Of a stretch of DNA of 64,000 nt, positions 1 through 10,724 are shown in pieces; positions within the stretch are counted from its first letter, which is position 1, and every line of letters starts with the position of its first letter. The stretch is from positions 33,495 through 97,494 of the forward strand of contig CAYHEM010000005.1 in the NCBI GenBank assembly GCA_964355765.1. The letters run 5' to 3'. The position numbers and the translations under genes were made by a program. Origin of the DNA: an uncultured Gallionella sp. (GTDB lineage Bacteria; Pseudomonadota; Gammaproteobacteria; Burkholderiales; Gallionellaceae). A model generated the notes under the pieces. The model had not been told where the DNA came from, searched no databases, and saw only the letters and a list, made by a program, of their open reading frames with translations.

Positions 1-966
1 CCAGCAGCGGGCGGCCAGATTGCGCAACTACGAGTGAAAAAGGGAGAACGGGTCAAGGCCGACCAAATATTGCTGGAGTTGTGGAATGATGATTTGCAGG
101 CTCAGGCGCGGCTCGCTGAACAACAACTGGGCACCACCGCAACACATGTCGAGGAGGTGTGCACCGTTGCGGAACAGAGCAGCAGGGAAGCGGCGCGGGC
201 GCGCCAGTTGCGCGCGCGCGGCTTTATCTCGCCCGAAGGACTGGAACGCGCCAATGCAGACGCAAAAGCCAAACAGGCTTCCTGCAAGGCGGCACGTAGT
301 GAAATCGAGCAAGCGCGTTCGCGCATTGCCGTGGCGCAGGCCGGCTTGCGGCGCATGGTGTTGCGCGCGCCGTTCGACGGGGTCGTGGCCGACATCAGTG
401 GGGAACTGGGCGAATATGCCACACCCTCGCCGCCCGGCATTCCGACGCCGCCTGCGATCGACCTGATCGATGACAGCTGCCTGTTCGTCAGCGCGCCGAT
501 CGACGAAACAGACGCAGCCAACATCAAGGTCGGCCAGTTGAGCCGCATCGTATTGGATGCGATCAATCGCAAGTCATTTGCGGGCAAGGTCAAGCGCGTC
601 GCGCCCTATGTACTGGAACTGGAAAGGCAGGCACGCACCGTAGAAGTAGAGGTGGAATTCGTCGAAGCGCCCACGGCGGAAAACCTGCTGGTCGGCTATA
701 GCGCCGATGTCGAAATCGTGCATGCCTCACATGAAAAAGTGCTGCGCATCCCCACGCAAACCTTGCTGGAAGAAAATCGCGTGCTTCTTTACCGGGCAGA
801 TGGCATTCTCGAGGAACGTACGGTGGAAACGGGGTTGGCCAACTGGGATTACACCGAAGTCATTTCCGGATTAAACGAGGGGGATCGTATTGCGATGACG
901 CTCGATCAGGCGGGTGTGCAAGCTGGCGCACATGTGCTGCCGGAAGATGCCCAGCCTGCAAGATGA
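1..966 (+). CDS. Efflux transporter periplasmic adaptor subunit (HlyD/MacA membrane-fusion family); 5' end cut by window edge
   Basis: The frame of ORF 34..966 stays open back to nt 1. PAAGGQIAQLRVKKGERVKADQILLELW is the lipoyl-like hairpin motif of membrane-fusion proteins, followed by a coiled-coil segment. The stop overlaps the ATG of the downstream ABC ATPase (ATGA at 963-966). Confidence 0.85.
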   Translation, partial: PAAGGQIAQLRVKKGERVKADQILLELWNDDLQAQARLAEQQLGTTATHVEEVCTVAEQSSREAARARQLRARGFISPEGLERANADAKAKQASCKAARSEIEQARSRIAVAQAGLRRMVLRAPFDGVVADISGELGEYATPSPPGIPTPPAIDLIDDSCLFVSAPIDETDAANIKVGQLSRIVLDAINRKSFAGKVKRVAPYVLELERQARTVEVEVEFVEAPTAENLLVGYSADVEIVHASHEKVLRIPTQTLLEENRVLLYRADGILEERTVETGLANWDYTEVISGLNEGDRIAMTLDQAGVQAGAHVLPEDAQPAR

Positions 967-1643
967 TCCAGCTGGAGAATGTCAGTCGTATCTTCACAGT
1001 CGGCGATCAGCAGGTTGCCGCATTGCGCGATATCGATCTGAATCTTGGTGTCGGTGAATATGTGTCCATCATGGGGCCGTCCGGCTCCGGAAAGTCCACC
1101 CTGCTCAACCTGATCGGGCTGCTTGACAGGCCAAGTGCCGGCACTTACCGGCTGAACGGCGGCAACGTCACTGACCTGGATGACGAGCAGCAGGCGCAAG
1201 TCCGGCGCGAACAAATCGGCTTCGTGTTCCAGTCTTTTCATCTGGTGCCGCGTCTGACGGCGGCGATGAACATCGAACTCCCGCTGGTGCTGGCAGGCAT
1301 CGCCCCCGTGGAGCGCAAGGCGCGGGTAGCGGAGCTGCTGCTGAATTATGGTCTGGCGAATCGGGCCGATCACCGCCCCGACCAGCTTTCCGGGGGGCAG
1401 CGCCAGCGGGTGGCCATCGCGCGCGCCACCGTCATGCGCCCCAGTGTGCTACTTGCTGACGAGCCAACCGGCAACCTGGACCGCACCACCGGCGGGGAAG
1501 TGCTGAAACTACTGGAGCAACTGGTCGAGCAGAACATCGCGCTGGTCGTTGTCACCCATGATGCCGAAATCGGCGCGCGTGCGGCGCGCCAGTTGCACAT
1601 GCTGGACGGCCGTATCGTGTCGGACGATCCACGTCCGGCATGA
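963..1643 (+). CDS. ABC transporter ATP-binding protein (MacB/LolD-type)
   Basis: Walker A GPSGSGKST, ABC signature LSGGQRQRVAIARA, Walker B LLADEPT. Start/stop overlaps with both neighbours. Confidence 0.95.
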   Translation: MIQLENVSRIFTVGDQQVAALRDIDLNLGVGEYVSIMGPSGSGKSTLLNLIGLLDRPSAGTYRLNGGNVTDLDDEQQAQVRREQIGFVFQSFHLVPRLTAAMNIELPLVLAGIAPVERKARVAELLLNYGLANRADHRPDQLSGGQRQRVAIARATVMRPSVLLADEPTGNLDRTTGGEVLKLLEQLVEQNIALVVVTHDAEIGARAARQLHMLDGRIVSDDPRPA

Positions 1644-2848
1644 GACTCGCCGACACGCTGCAGTTCGCTTCTGCCAGCCTACGCGGCAGCCGCAGCCGTA
1701 CCCTGCTGATGATTCTTGCCATGTCCATCGGCGTGGCAGCCGTCGTTGTTCTCACCGCGCTGGGCGAAGGCGCGCGTCGCTACGTGATCGATCAGTTTTC
1801 CTCGCTGGGCACCAACCTGATCATCATGTTGCCGGGGCGCACCGAGACTGCCGGACTGACGCCGGGCATGCTGCTCGGACAGGTTCCGCGCGAAATTTCA
1901 CTGGATGACGCAGAAGCCTTGTTGCGCAGCCGTGCCATCAAACGCATCGCGCCGCTGACCGTCGGCACGACCAACATTTCGCTTGACGCGCGCAATCGCG
2001 AAGTGGTGGTGCTCGGCTCGACTCCCGAACTGCTGGAGGTGCGCCACATGGAGCTGACGCAAGGGCGGTTCCTGCCAAAAGGCGACATTCATGACAGCGC
2101 TTCGGTGTGCGTGCTGGGCGCAAAGATCAAGCGCGAACTGTTCGGACAGCGCTCCGCCGTCGGCGCATGGGTGCGACTGGGCGACCGGCGTTTTCGCGTA
2201 ATCGGCGTGCTGACCTCACAGGGCGAATCGATGGGGTTCAACACCGACGAGCTGGTCATCATTCCGGTCGCCTCGGCGCATATGCTGTTCAATACTTCCG
2301 GGCTGTTCCGCATTCTGATCGAGGCCAAGAGCCGCGATGCCATCGGGCAGGCCACGCGCGATGCCGAACAAATCCTTGCCCGGCGCCACAATGACGAACG
2401 CGATGTGACGGTCATCACACAGGATGCCGTACTGGCCACCTTCGACCGCATCCTGCGCGCGCTGACGCTGGCGGTTGGCGGAATCGCCGCCATCAGTCTC
2501 GCCGTGGCTGGTATTTTGATTATGAACGTGATGCTCATCGCCGTCGCCCAGCGCGTCAGGGAAATCGGCCTGCTCAAGGCACTGGGTGCACCGGCAGCGC
2601 AGATACGCAAACTGTTTTTTGCCGAAGCCGCGCTCCTGTCCGGCATCGGCAGCGCGGTGGGACTGATATTCGGTGAAATCGGAACAGCGGTAATCGGGCA
2701 GATTTATCCTGCACTGCCGGTGGCCGCACCGTGGTGGGCGGTGCTGGCAGCGTTCGGCACGGCACTCGGCACCGGCATCCTGTTTAGCGTGTGGCCGGCG
2801 CGGCGCGCGGCGCGGCTCGATCCGGTGATGGCGCTGGCGAGGTCGTAA
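1640..2848 (+). CDS. ABC transporter permease, FtsX/MacB family (first of two)
   Basis: N-terminal TM helix, large periplasmic domain, C-terminal FtsX module with QRVREIGLLKALGA motif. ATGA overlap with the ATPase gene. Confidence 0.85.
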   Translation: MRLADTLQFASASLRGSRSRTLLMILAMSIGVAAVVVLTALGEGARRYVIDQFSSLGTNLIIMLPGRTETAGLTPGMLLGQVPREISLDDAEALLRSRAIKRIAPLTVGTTNISLDARNREVVVLGSTPELLEVRHMELTQGRFLPKGDIHDSASVCVLGAKIKRELFGQRSAVGAWVRLGDRRFRVIGVLTSQGESMGFNTDELVIIPVASAHMLFNTSGLFRILIEAKSRDAIGQATRDAEQILARRHNDERDVTVITQDAVLATFDRILRALTLAVGGIAAISLAVAGILIMNVMLIAVAQRVREIGLLKALGAPAAQIRKLFFAEAALLSGIGSAVGLIFGEIGTAVIGQIYPALPVAAPWWAVLAAFGTALGTGILFSVWPARRAARLDPVMALARS

Positions 2849-2850
2849 TC

Positions 2851-4050
2851 ATGCTGTTCCCCGACCTGATCCGCCTTACCACCTCCAGCTTCCTGGCTTA
2901 CCGCATGCGCAGCTTCCTCACCGGCCTGGGCATTGCCGTCGGTATTGCGGCGGTGATTCTGCTTACTTCAATCGGTGAAGGCCTGCACCAGTTCGTGTTG
3001 TCCGAGTTTTCGCAATTCGGCACCAACCTGATCGGCATCCAGCCCGGCAAGAAACAGACACATGGCGCAAGCGTCGGCATGTTTGGCTCGGTGCGGCCGC
3101 TCTCCCTGGAAGATGCCGAATCGCTGCGCCGTCTGCCTTATATCGAGTACGTCAATCCCAGCGTGCAGGGCAATGCCGAAGTGCGCGCCAACGGCAAGAC
3201 GCGCCGCACCACGGTGTACGGCGTCGGCCACGAAATGCCGCAGGCGTTGCGCATCTACGTGCGCACCGGCAGTTTTCTGCCGGACGAGGAACCGAGCCAG
3301 GCGCGCGCTTTTGTCGTGCTCGGTGCAAAGGTACGCCAGGAACTGTTCGGCGACATTAACCCGCTGGGCGGTTATTTGCGCGTCGGGGGACAGCGGTACC
3401 GGGTGATCGGGGTGATGGAGCCAAAAGGATCGGTGCTGGGGCTGGATCTGGACGACTCGGTGTACATCCCCGCCGCGCGCGCGCTGGAACTGTTCAACCG
3501 CCCGGGGCTGATGGAGATTCAGGCAACCTACCTGCCCGGTGCCGAGCTCGGCCGGGTGGAGGCGGGCATACGCAATATGTTGATCGCACGGCACGGGCGC
3601 GAGGACTTTACCGTGATCTCGCAGCAAAAGGCGCTGGAGGTGCTCGGTTCGGTGCTGGACGTCATCACCTTCGCGGTCGGCGCATTGGGCGGAATTTCAC
3701 TGCTGGTGGGGGGGGTCGGCATCCTGACCATCATGACCATGGGGGTCGCCGAACGCACTACCGAGATCGGATTGTTGCGCGCGCTGGGGGCGCGCGAACG
3801 ACAAGTGCTGACGATATTCCTTGGCGAAGCCATCCTGCTCTCCGCGCTCGGCGGTCTGGCAGGACTGGCGCTCGGCGTCGGTATCGCGCAGGCGCTGCAT
3901 CTGATATTCCCCGCGCTTCCGGTACACACTCCGTGGCTGTTCGCCATGCTTGCGGAACTCTCCGCCATTACCATCGGCCTCGCGGCCGGTGTCGTGCCGG
4001 CACAGCGTGCGGCGCAGCTCGACCCGGTGGAGGCGTTACATGCAGAATAA
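2851..4050 (+). CDS. ABC transporter permease, FtsX/MacB family (second of two)
   Basis: Same architecture as 1640..2848 (ERTTEIGLLRALGA motif). I prefer the ATG at 2851 (MLFPDLIRL...) over the upstream alternative start at 2791, which would overlap the previous gene. Confidence 0.8.
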   Translation: MLFPDLIRLTTSSFLAYRMRSFLTGLGIAVGIAAVILLTSIGEGLHQFVLSEFSQFGTNLIGIQPGKKQTHGASVGMFGSVRPLSLEDAESLRRLPYIEYVNPSVQGNAEVRANGKTRRTTVYGVGHEMPQALRIYVRTGSFLPDEEPSQARAFVVLGAKVRQELFGDINPLGGYLRVGGQRYRVIGVMEPKGSVLGLDLDDSVYIPAARALELFNRPGLMEIQATYLPGAELGRVEAGIRNMLIARHGREDFTVISQQKALEVLGSVLDVITFAVGALGGISLLVGGVGILTIMTMGVAERTTEIGLLRALGARERQVLTIFLGEAILLSALGGLAGLALGVGIAQALHLIFPALPVHTPWLFAMLAELSAITIGLAAGVVPAQRAAQLDPVEALHAE

Positions 4051-4074
4051 GGCGGGTGCCGTGCGAAATTCACG

Positions 4075-4935
4075 TTACTGGATCAACCCGACCGTGATGA
4101 TCGCCTCATAGGTCCCGTTCTTGCCGTAACGGTTTGAAAAAATCTGCTTCGACAGCACTGCCTTGGTCGTCATGAGGACATCGTCCACTCCAGAACTGAT
4201 CCTGTAGAACCGGTCATGTGCGTCCGGGTCATCCGGATTGTCATGTATACGCGCAAACAGATGGGCCTGATAATTCGATTCATAGAAGGATTCGGGATGA
4301 TTGATGCTGACCGCGATATCCTTTTTAGGCGCCTTGCTTCCGGTGTTTATCCTGATCTCGTAGGGCAAACGGGGTCCGGTGGCATGAACCTCGAATACAT
4401 CCTGAACTGAAGGAGATGTCGTGACGGATATTGTGACTTTCTGATCGGCATCAAAACTGCCAGAGGGGAATATGGCCAGCGCATACCCCTTGAGATCCAC
4501 CGCCTCTCCGAGGGTCGGGACAGTGACGGTGACGGTGCGTTTTTCCAGGCTCATGATGGTAACGATAATCGCTGCATCCGCCGCGCCTGCCACCTCGACT
4601 GAAATATCATTATTTTTCTTGAGTGCAACGGGCTTTGTCAGGATCTTGAACCGATTTCCAAGCTCATCCGGTTTGACGACAACCTTTCCGTTTATACTCA
4701 CCGCGCCACGCGCCACCCGTTCCTCATAATTCATGCCATTCTGGATCGAGATAAAATATTTCTGATTGATGTCGTGAACGGAAAAATGCTTGACCACCCG
4801 TTGCTGCTCGCCGCTTTCACTGGAGAAAAATTCCGGGCCGAAGACAAGCGTATGCCCATGTGCGACAGATACAAAACCATTGCAGAAAAACACCAACAGC
4901 GCAGCCAGCGTATAAATACCGGATATTTTTCTCAT
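4075..4935 (-). CDS. Hypothetical secreted protein
   Basis: ORF 4075..5049. The internal ATG at 4935 gives MRKISGIYTLAALLVFFCNGFVSVAHG, a signal-peptide-like N-terminus. No recognisable catalytic motif. The stretch looks more AT-rich than its neighbours. Confidence 0.55.
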   Translation of the reverse strand: MRKISGIYTLAALLVFFCNGFVSVAHGHTLVFGPEFFSSESGEQQRVVKHFSVHDINQKYFISIQNGMNYEERVARGAVSINGKVVVKPDELGNRFKILTKPVALKKNNDISVEVAGAADAAIIVTIMSLEKRTVTVTVPTLGEAVDLKGYALAIFPSGSFDADQKVTISVTTSPSVQDVFEVHATGPRLPYEIRINTGSKAPKKDIAVSINHPESFYESNYQAHLFARIHDNPDDPDAHDRFYRISSGVDDVLMTTKAVLSKQIFSNRYGKNGTYEAIITVGLIQ

Positions 4936-5080
4936 GACCAGAAACTCCTTATATAGATGTTCGAATGACTGACAACAACCATTGTTTCCGCCCTGCAAAT
5001 CTGTGCATACTGCACCCTCATTCTGCGACTTTGTCGAGGCAGGTGTCAACGAACAACATGAATCCTAAGGAATTATTGTG

Positions 5081-6295
5081 ATGCCAGCCGAAAACCGCAA
5101 CCCGGCCGCAGTCCGGTGCGACATTTTCTGCAACGTCATCGACAACTATGGCGACATCGGCGTGTGCTGGCGGCTGGCGCGGCAATTGGCAAATGAGCAT
5201 GGCCTTGACGTGCGGTTGTGGGTGGATGATCTGGCAAGCCTGCACCGGCTGTGTCCGGAAGCGGATGCTCGGCTCCCGCAGCAGCATTGCCGGGGCGTAA
5301 ATGTCTGGCACTGGGCTGCGCCGTTTGCGGATGTGGCACCCGCAGATCTGGTGATCGAAGCGTTTGCCTGCAAACTGCCGGATCGCTACGTTGCGGCGAT
5401 GGCGGCGCAGGAAATCAAACCCGTGTGGATCAACCTTGAGTATCTGAGCGCCGAAGACTGGGTCGCGGGCTGCCACAGGTTGCCTTCGCCGCACGCGTCG
5501 CTGCCGCTGGTCAAATATTTCTTCTTTCCCGGCTTTACCCCGCAAACCGGCGGGCTGCTTCTGGAGCGTGATTTGTTGGCGCGTCGCGACCTGTTTCAGG
5601 AAGATGCCGCACAACAGCGAGCCTACTGGCAATCCCTCGGCATCAAGATACCCAGCGCGGAAACCCTGAAAATCTCGCTGTTCGGTTATGAGAATAGCGC
5701 GCTATCCGGGCTGTTCGATGTCTGGGCACACAGCGCACAGCCGGTGCTGTGCCTCGTGCCGGAAGGACGCATTCTGCTGCAAGCCGGACAATATTTCGGC
5801 GACGCTGTGCCGCACGCAGGTAATACCTACGAGCGCGGCAACCTGCGGGTACAAATGCTGCCATTCGTCGAGCAGGAACGCTACGACGAGCTGTTGTGGG
5901 CGTGCGACATCAATTTCGTACGTGGCGAGGACTCCTGCGTGCGGGCGCAGTGGGCGGGCAAGCCATTCGTGTGGCAGATTTATCCACAGCATGACGCGGT
6001 GCACTGGGACAAACTGCAAGCCTTCCAGAAGTTATATTGCAGGGCACTCGACTTACCGCACCCGCCTGCGGGAGAGGGAGTAATGGCACAGGCAATGCTG
6101 GATCTGTGGCGGGCGTGGAACAGCGGGGACGGGGCGGGGAATGCGTGGCCGGCGTTCGCCGCAGCGCGTGACGGACTAGAGCGCCATGCACAAGACTGGG
6201 CGCATCAACTGGCCACAAACAATCTTGCATTGAATTTGCTGGATTTTTATCGGAGAATCGGTACAATGCGCGCCTGCAAAATTGAAGGGCAGTAA
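5081..6295 (+). CDS. earP: EF-P arginine rhamnosyltransferase EarP
   Basis: The N-terminal [24 protein letters not shown] motif is characteristic of EarP (DUF2331). ~400 aa, immediately upstream of an efp that has Arg at position 32. Confidence 0.85.
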   Translation: MPAENRNPAAVRCDIFCNVIDNYGDIGVCWRLARQLANEHGLDVRLWVDDLASLHRLCPEADARLPQQHCRGVNVWHWAAPFADVAPADLVIEAFACKLPDRYVAAMAAQEIKPVWINLEYLSAEDWVAGCHRLPSPHASLPLVKYFFFPGFTPQTGGLLLERDLLARRDLFQEDAAQQRAYWQSLGIKIPSAETLKISLFGYENSALSGLFDVWAHSAQPVLCLVPEGRILLQAGQYFGDAVPHAGNTYERGNLRVQMLPFVEQERYDELLWACDINFVRGEDSCVRAQWAGKPFVWQIYPQHDAVHWDKLQAFQKLYCRALDLPHPPAGEGVMAQAMLDLWRAWNSGDGAGNAWPAFAAARDGLERHAQDWAHQLATNNLALNLLDFYRRIGTMRACKIEGQ

Positions 6296-6297
6296 AC

Positions 6298-6852
6298 ATG
6301 AAAACAGCACAGGAACTCCGCGTAGGCAACGTAATCATGGTCGGTACCGATCCGATGGTGATACTCAAGGCTGATTACAGCCGCTCCGGCCGTAACGGTT
6401 CGGTGGTCAAGATGAAGATGAAAAATCTGTTGACCGAGGCCGGCAAGGAAACCGTGTATAGCGCCGACGACAAGTTCGATCAGGTAATTCTGGATCGCAA
6501 GGAATGCACTTACTCATACTTTGCCGACCCGATGTATGTGTTCATGGATGGCGAGTACAACCAGTACGAAATTGAAGCCGAAAGCATGGGCGATGCGATC
6601 AACTACATTGAAGACGGCATGCCATGCGAAGTGGTGTTCTACAACGAAAAGGCCATTTCCGTCGAATTGCCCAACACCATCGTGCGCGAAGTCGTGTACA
6701 CCGAACCCGCCGTGCGCGGTGACACTTCCGGCAAGGTTATGAAGCCGGCCAAGATCAATACCGGTTTTGAATTGCCGGTTGCTGCCTTCATCGAAATCGG
6801 CGACAGGATCGAGATCGATACCCGCAGCAACGAGTTCAAGAAGCGCGCCTAA
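6298..6852 (+). CDS. efp: Translation elongation factor P
   Basis: 184 aa. The N-terminal KOW-like domain has the loop YSRSGRNGS, placing Arg at residue 32. Typical EF-P length and sequence. Confidence 0.97.
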   Translation: MKTAQELRVGNVIMVGTDPMVILKADYSRSGRNGSVVKMKMKNLLTEAGKETVYSADDKFDQVILDRKECTYSYFADPMYVFMDGEYNQYEIEAESMGDAINYIEDGMPCEVVFYNEKAISVELPNTIVREVVYTEPAVRGDTSGKVMKPAKINTGFELPVAAFIEIGDRIEIDTRSNEFKKRA

Positions 6853-6867
6853 TTATCCTCCAGCAAT

Positions 6868-6898
6868 AAAAAGGGATGCCAGACGCATCCCTTTTTTG
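6868..6898. terminator. Rho-independent terminator between convergent efp and the PPIase gene
   Basis: AAAAAGGGATGC-caga-GCATCCCTTTTTT: 7-bp GC-rich stem flanked by an A-run and a T-run, so it can act in both directions. Confidence 0.7.
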
Positions 6899-6917
6899 TT
6901 TCTGACAATCTATCAAA

Positions 6918-7703
6918 CTACTCAATCTTGGCTTTTCCGCGCAGTTCGGCAATAACTTTCTGAATGGACTGTTGCTGCAGGCGCTGTTGAAGTTGCGGCT
7001 TGATCTCATCAAACGACGGCGCCTTCAAAGCGCGTACATCATCCAGCCTGATCACATGCCAGCCGAATTGCGATTTCACCGGCGCCTTGGTGTAGTCTCC
7101 CTTGTTCAGGTTGATCATCACATTGGCAAACTCCGGAACCAGATTGCCCGGCACATTCCAGCCCAATGAACCGCCCTGCGACGCGGAGCCCGCGTCCTTG
7201 GATTTTTCGGCAAGCTTCTCGAACTTTACCTTCTTGCCGAGTTTCGCAATGATGTCTTTGGCCTCTTCCTCTGTTTCGACCAGAATGTGCCGTGCGTTAT
7301 ACTCCTTGCTCCCGAGTTTGGTTTTCAACTTGTCATATTCCTGCTTGAGATCATCTTCGCTGATCGGGTGCTTCTTCGCATAGTCCTGTACAAAAGCGCC
7401 CGCCAGCACCTGCGCCTTGGTCAGTTCAACTTGTTGCACCACGTCCGCATTCTTGTCCAGGCCAAGCCTTGCCGCTTCTTGCACCAGCACTTCCAGATTA
7501 ACCAAGTCATCACGAATTGCCTTGCGCAAATCCGGACTGTCAGCCTGGCCTTGCGCAGCGGCCGCCTTGACACGCAGGTCGATGCGTGCCTGTGGTATGG
7601 AAACGCCGTTCACCAATGTGGCGGATTTGTTTTCGGCAAACGCGGGATTAATCGTCAGTGCACCCAGAATGGCCAGTGCCGCGAATTTTCCAGATTTCAA
7701 CAT
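6918..7703 (-). CDS. Periplasmic peptidyl-prolyl cis-trans isomerase (parvulin/PpiC type)
   Basis: Signal peptide MLKSGKFAALAILGALTINPAFA. Rotamase domain with ARHILV and FGWHVIRL motifs. Confidence 0.9.
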   Translation of the reverse strand: MLKSGKFAALAILGALTINPAFAENKSATLVNGVSIPQARIDLRVKAAAAQGQADSPDLRKAIRDDLVNLEVLVQEAARLGLDKNADVVQQVELTKAQVLAGAFVQDYAKKHPISEDDLKQEYDKLKTKLGSKEYNARHILVETEEEAKDIIAKLGKKVKFEKLAEKSKDAGSASQGGSLGWNVPGNLVPEFANVMINLNKGDYTKAPVKSQFGWHVIRLDDVRALKAPSFDEIKPQLQQRLQQQSIQKVIAELRGKAKIE

Positions 7704-7924
7704 GCTAAATCCTCTTCAAGTTAAGTTAATTAAATTTCGTTCGGCGCATACGCCTGAATATCAAGCGCATGGACATCGCGCTTCATTATCGTTCCCAACG
7801 CGGAATATATCATACGGTCGCGCCCTGTTCTATTCTTCACGATGTACCGCATTGAGACGATGCGGGCTACGGCGGTCTTGTCATAAAGCGCGTAAGCGTT
7901 TGACTATACCCTTCGCCGCACGGC

Positions 7925-8227
7925 TCAAGCAGGCAACACCTTCCGGAACGGCTGTACGGTGAGCTGGGCGAATACCCCAACGATCGTATAGGGATCGGCA
8001 TCCGCCCATTCCTGCGCCGCCTGCGATGAGGCGAATTCGGCAACGATCAGACTGCCGGTAAAGCCCGCCACACCCGGATCAATGGCATCTACTGCCGGAA
8101 AAGGGCCGGCCAGCAGCAACCGACCTTCATCCTGCAATGCCTGCAAACGTGCCAGATGCGCCGGGCGCGCCGCCATGCGTTTATCCAAACTATCCGGAAC
8201 ATCCTGTCCGATGATCGCATATAACAT
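7925..8227 (-). CDS. YciI family protein
   Basis: 100 aa. MLYAIIGQD...RPAHLARL...GPF pattern typical of YciI-like proteins. Lies next to yciB, as in many proteobacteria. Confidence 0.75.
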   Translation of the reverse strand: MLYAIIGQDVPDSLDKRMAARPAHLARLQALQDEGRLLLAGPFPAVDAIDPGVAGFTGSLIVAEFASSQAAQEWADADPYTIVGVFAQLTVQPFRKVLPA

Positions 8228-8352
8228 TCAGGTAGCCTTTCTCGTTTGCCTTCTTTCCCACTGGCGGGATAACCAGCGACCTGGCTGCGGTTTCTTGCGG
8301 CCTAGTCGAATGGCTAGTTGTTTCACCCATAGGATTGAGGAGAGGGTGAGCA

Positions 8353-8895
8353 TCAGTTTGATTCCTTCTTCTCGTCCACGTATTTTGCAAGCCACGCGCT
8401 TTGCGCCAAGATGAATACCAGCATCAATCCGGTGAAGCCAAACAGCTTGAAGTTGACCCAGGCATCTTCAGAGAAGTTGAACGCCACATAAAGATTGATA
8501 AAACCGAGCAGCGCAAAAAACAGGCTCCACATCAGATTGACGCGATGCCAGATATGCAGCGGCAAGGCGATTTTTTCCTGCAATAACGAGCGCATCAGAT
8601 TTTTGTTAAAGAATATATTCGAGATCAACAGAATGGCGGAAAACAGCCAGTACAGAACGGTTGGCTTCAGCTTGATAAAGGTCGCATCGTGCAATATCAG
8701 CGTGGCGCCGCCAAACACGGTGATGATAACGAAGCTCACCCACAACATCACATCGACCTTGCCGTGGCGCCATTTCGTCCAGACAATCTGCACGATGGTC
8801 GCGCCGATGGCCACCGTCGTGGCGACATAGATACCAAATACCTTAAAGGCGATGAAAAACAGAATAATAGGAAACAGGTCGAAGAGTAATTTCAT
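8353..8895 (-). CDS. yciB: Intracellular septation protein A (YciB/IspZ)
   Basis: 180-aa polytopic membrane protein beginning [23 protein letters not shown], the typical YciB N-terminus. Confidence 0.85.
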   Translation of the reverse strand: MKLLFDLFPIILFFIAFKVFGIYVATTVAIGATIVQIVWTKWRHGKVDVMLWVSFVIITVFGGATLILHDATFIKLKPTVLYWLFSAILLISNIFFNKNLMRSLLQEKIALPLHIWHRVNLMWSLFFALLGFINLYVAFNFSEDAWVNFKLFGFTGLMLVFILAQSAWLAKYVDEKKESN

Positions 8896-8910
8896 GATGG
8901 CGATAAAAGG

Positions 8911-9306
8911 TTAATTCCGATCCAGCGCGAGCGCGGCCGAGTTGATACAAAAACGCAACCTGGTCGGCGGCGGGCCGTCCGGAAAGATATGTCCGAGATG
9001 TGCGCCGCACTGTTTGCAGCAAACTTCCACGCGTTTCATGCCGTGACTGGAATCTGTGCATGTGGTGACATTTTCCGGAGCATGCGGCCGCTGGAAACTC
9101 GGCCAGCCGGAACCGGAATCGAATTTAGCCTCGGAATCAAATAACGCATTGCCGCAGCACACACAGCGGTAAATTCCGTCTTCATGGCAGCCACAATAGG
9201 CGCCGCTGAAGGCCGGCTCAGTGGCACGCTGGCGACACACCCGATATTGCTCAGGCGTGAGTTGCTCACGCCATTCGGCATCGGATTTCCCCAAGGGAGC
9301 GGTCAT
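8911..9306 (-). CDS. msrB: Peptide-methionine (R)-S-oxide reductase
   Basis: Two CxxC pairs ([20 protein letters not shown]) and the GWPSF motif. Confidence 0.95.
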   Translation of the reverse strand: MTAPLGKSDAEWREQLTPEQYRVCRQRATEPAFSGAYCGCHEDGIYRCVCCGNALFDSEAKFDSGSGWPSFQRPHAPENVTTCTDSSHGMKRVEVCCKQCGAHLGHIFPDGPPPTRLRFCINSAALALDRN

Positions 9307-10715
9307 AGCACCTCGGCGGCGTAATCCGCCAGACGCGAACGCTCACCGCGCAGCAGCGTGATGTGCCCGCCGTGCTCCCAACCCTTGAAACGGTCCACCA
9401 CGTAGGCCAGGCCGGAACTACCTTCGGTAAGATAGGGCGTATCGATTTGTGCAATGTTGCCCATACACACCACCTTGGTGCCGGGCCCGGCGCGCGTCAC
9501 CAGCGTCTTCATCTGCTTGGGCGTAAGGTTTTGCGCCTCATCGATAATGAGATATTTGTTGAGGAAAGTGCGCCCACGCATGAAATTGAGCGATTTCACC
9601 TTGATGCGTGAGCGGATAAGATCGCGCGTCGCAGCGCGTCCCCAATCGCCGCCATCGTCGTCAGGCTTGTTCAGTACATCGAGATTATCTTCCAGCGCGC
9701 CCATCCACGGCGTCATCTTTTCTTCCTCTGTGCCCGGCAGAAATCCAATGTCTTCGCCGACCGGAACCGTCACGCGCGTGATAATGATCTCGGAATACAA
9801 CTTGGTTTCCAGCGTCTGTAGCAGTCCCGCAGCCAGCGTTAGCAGGGTTTTTCCAGTGCCCGCCTGTCCTAGCAGGGTGACAAAATCAATTTCCGGATCC
9901 AGCAATAGATTAAGCGCAAAATTCTGCTCACGATTGCGCGCGGTGATACCCCACACATTATTTTTACTGTGTGTGTAATCGGTCAGTGTGCGTAACAGCG
10001 CAGTCTTTTCGTCCTGCTCCAGCACCACTGCATAGAACGGGGTTCCATTCTCCTGATACACAAATTGATTGATAAATAACGCCGCACAGATCGGGCCGCG
10101 TATCTGGTAATAGGTGTGACCTTCCTTCAACCATGACTTCATATCCTTGCCATGCCTGTCCCAGAAATCATCCGGCAGTGGCAACGCGCCGGTATAGAGC
10201 AGGTCCGCGTCTTCCAGCACCTTGTCATTAAAGTAATCCTGCGCTTCCAGCCCAAGCGCACGCGCCTTGATGCGCATGTTGATATCTTTACTGACCAGAA
10301 TAACCGCACGACCCTGATGCTGCTGTTGCAGGCCGATGACCACGCCCAGAATCGCATTGTCCGCCTTGCCCAGTTCCAGGTGCTGCGGCAGCTCGTGCTT
10401 GATGAAACTGGTCTGCAGGAACAACCTCCCGGTGCAGCTCTTGTATGCGTCGGATTCCAGCGCGATACCTTCTTCTATCTTGTGCGGCGCATCGCTGACA
10501 ATTTCATCCAGGAAACGGCTGGCCTGGCGCGCATTACGCGCCACTTCGGTCATGCCTTTCTTCTTGTTATCCAGCTCCTCCAGCACGAACATCGGCAGAC
10601 AAATATCGTGTTCCTCGAAGCGGAACAGGCTGGTGGGGTCGTGCAATAACACATTGGTATCCAGCACAAACAACTTGATCGCCGTTCCCTTTGCCGCTTG
10701 CTTGCGTGGGGGCAT
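9303..10715 (-). CDS. PhoH-like ATPase with N-terminal PIN domain (YlaK type)
   Basis: PIN-like [12 protein letters not shown], Walker A GQAGTGKT, PhoH-like C-terminal region. 4-nt overlap with msrB. Confidence 0.9.
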   Translation of the reverse strand: MPPRKQAAKGTAIKLFVLDTNVLLHDPTSLFRFEEHDICLPMFVLEELDNKKKGMTEVARNARQASRFLDEIVSDAPHKIEEGIALESDAYKSCTGRLFLQTSFIKHELPQHLELGKADNAILGVVIGLQQQHQGRAVILVSKDINMRIKARALGLEAQDYFNDKVLEDADLLYTGALPLPDDFWDRHGKDMKSWLKEGHTYYQIRGPICAALFINQFVYQENGTPFYAVVLEQDEKTALLRTLTDYTHSKNNVWGITARNREQNFALNLLLDPEIDFVTLLGQAGTGKTLLTLAAGLLQTLETKLYSEIIITRVTVPVGEDIGFLPGTEEEKMTPWMGALEDNLDVLNKPDDDGGDWGRAATRDLIRSRIKVKSLNFMRGRTFLNKYLIIDEAQNLTPKQMKTLVTRAGPGTKVVCMGNIAQIDTPYLTEGSSGLAYVVDRFKGWEHGGHITLLRGERSRLADYAAEVL

Positions 10716-10724
10716 GATGTTCCT

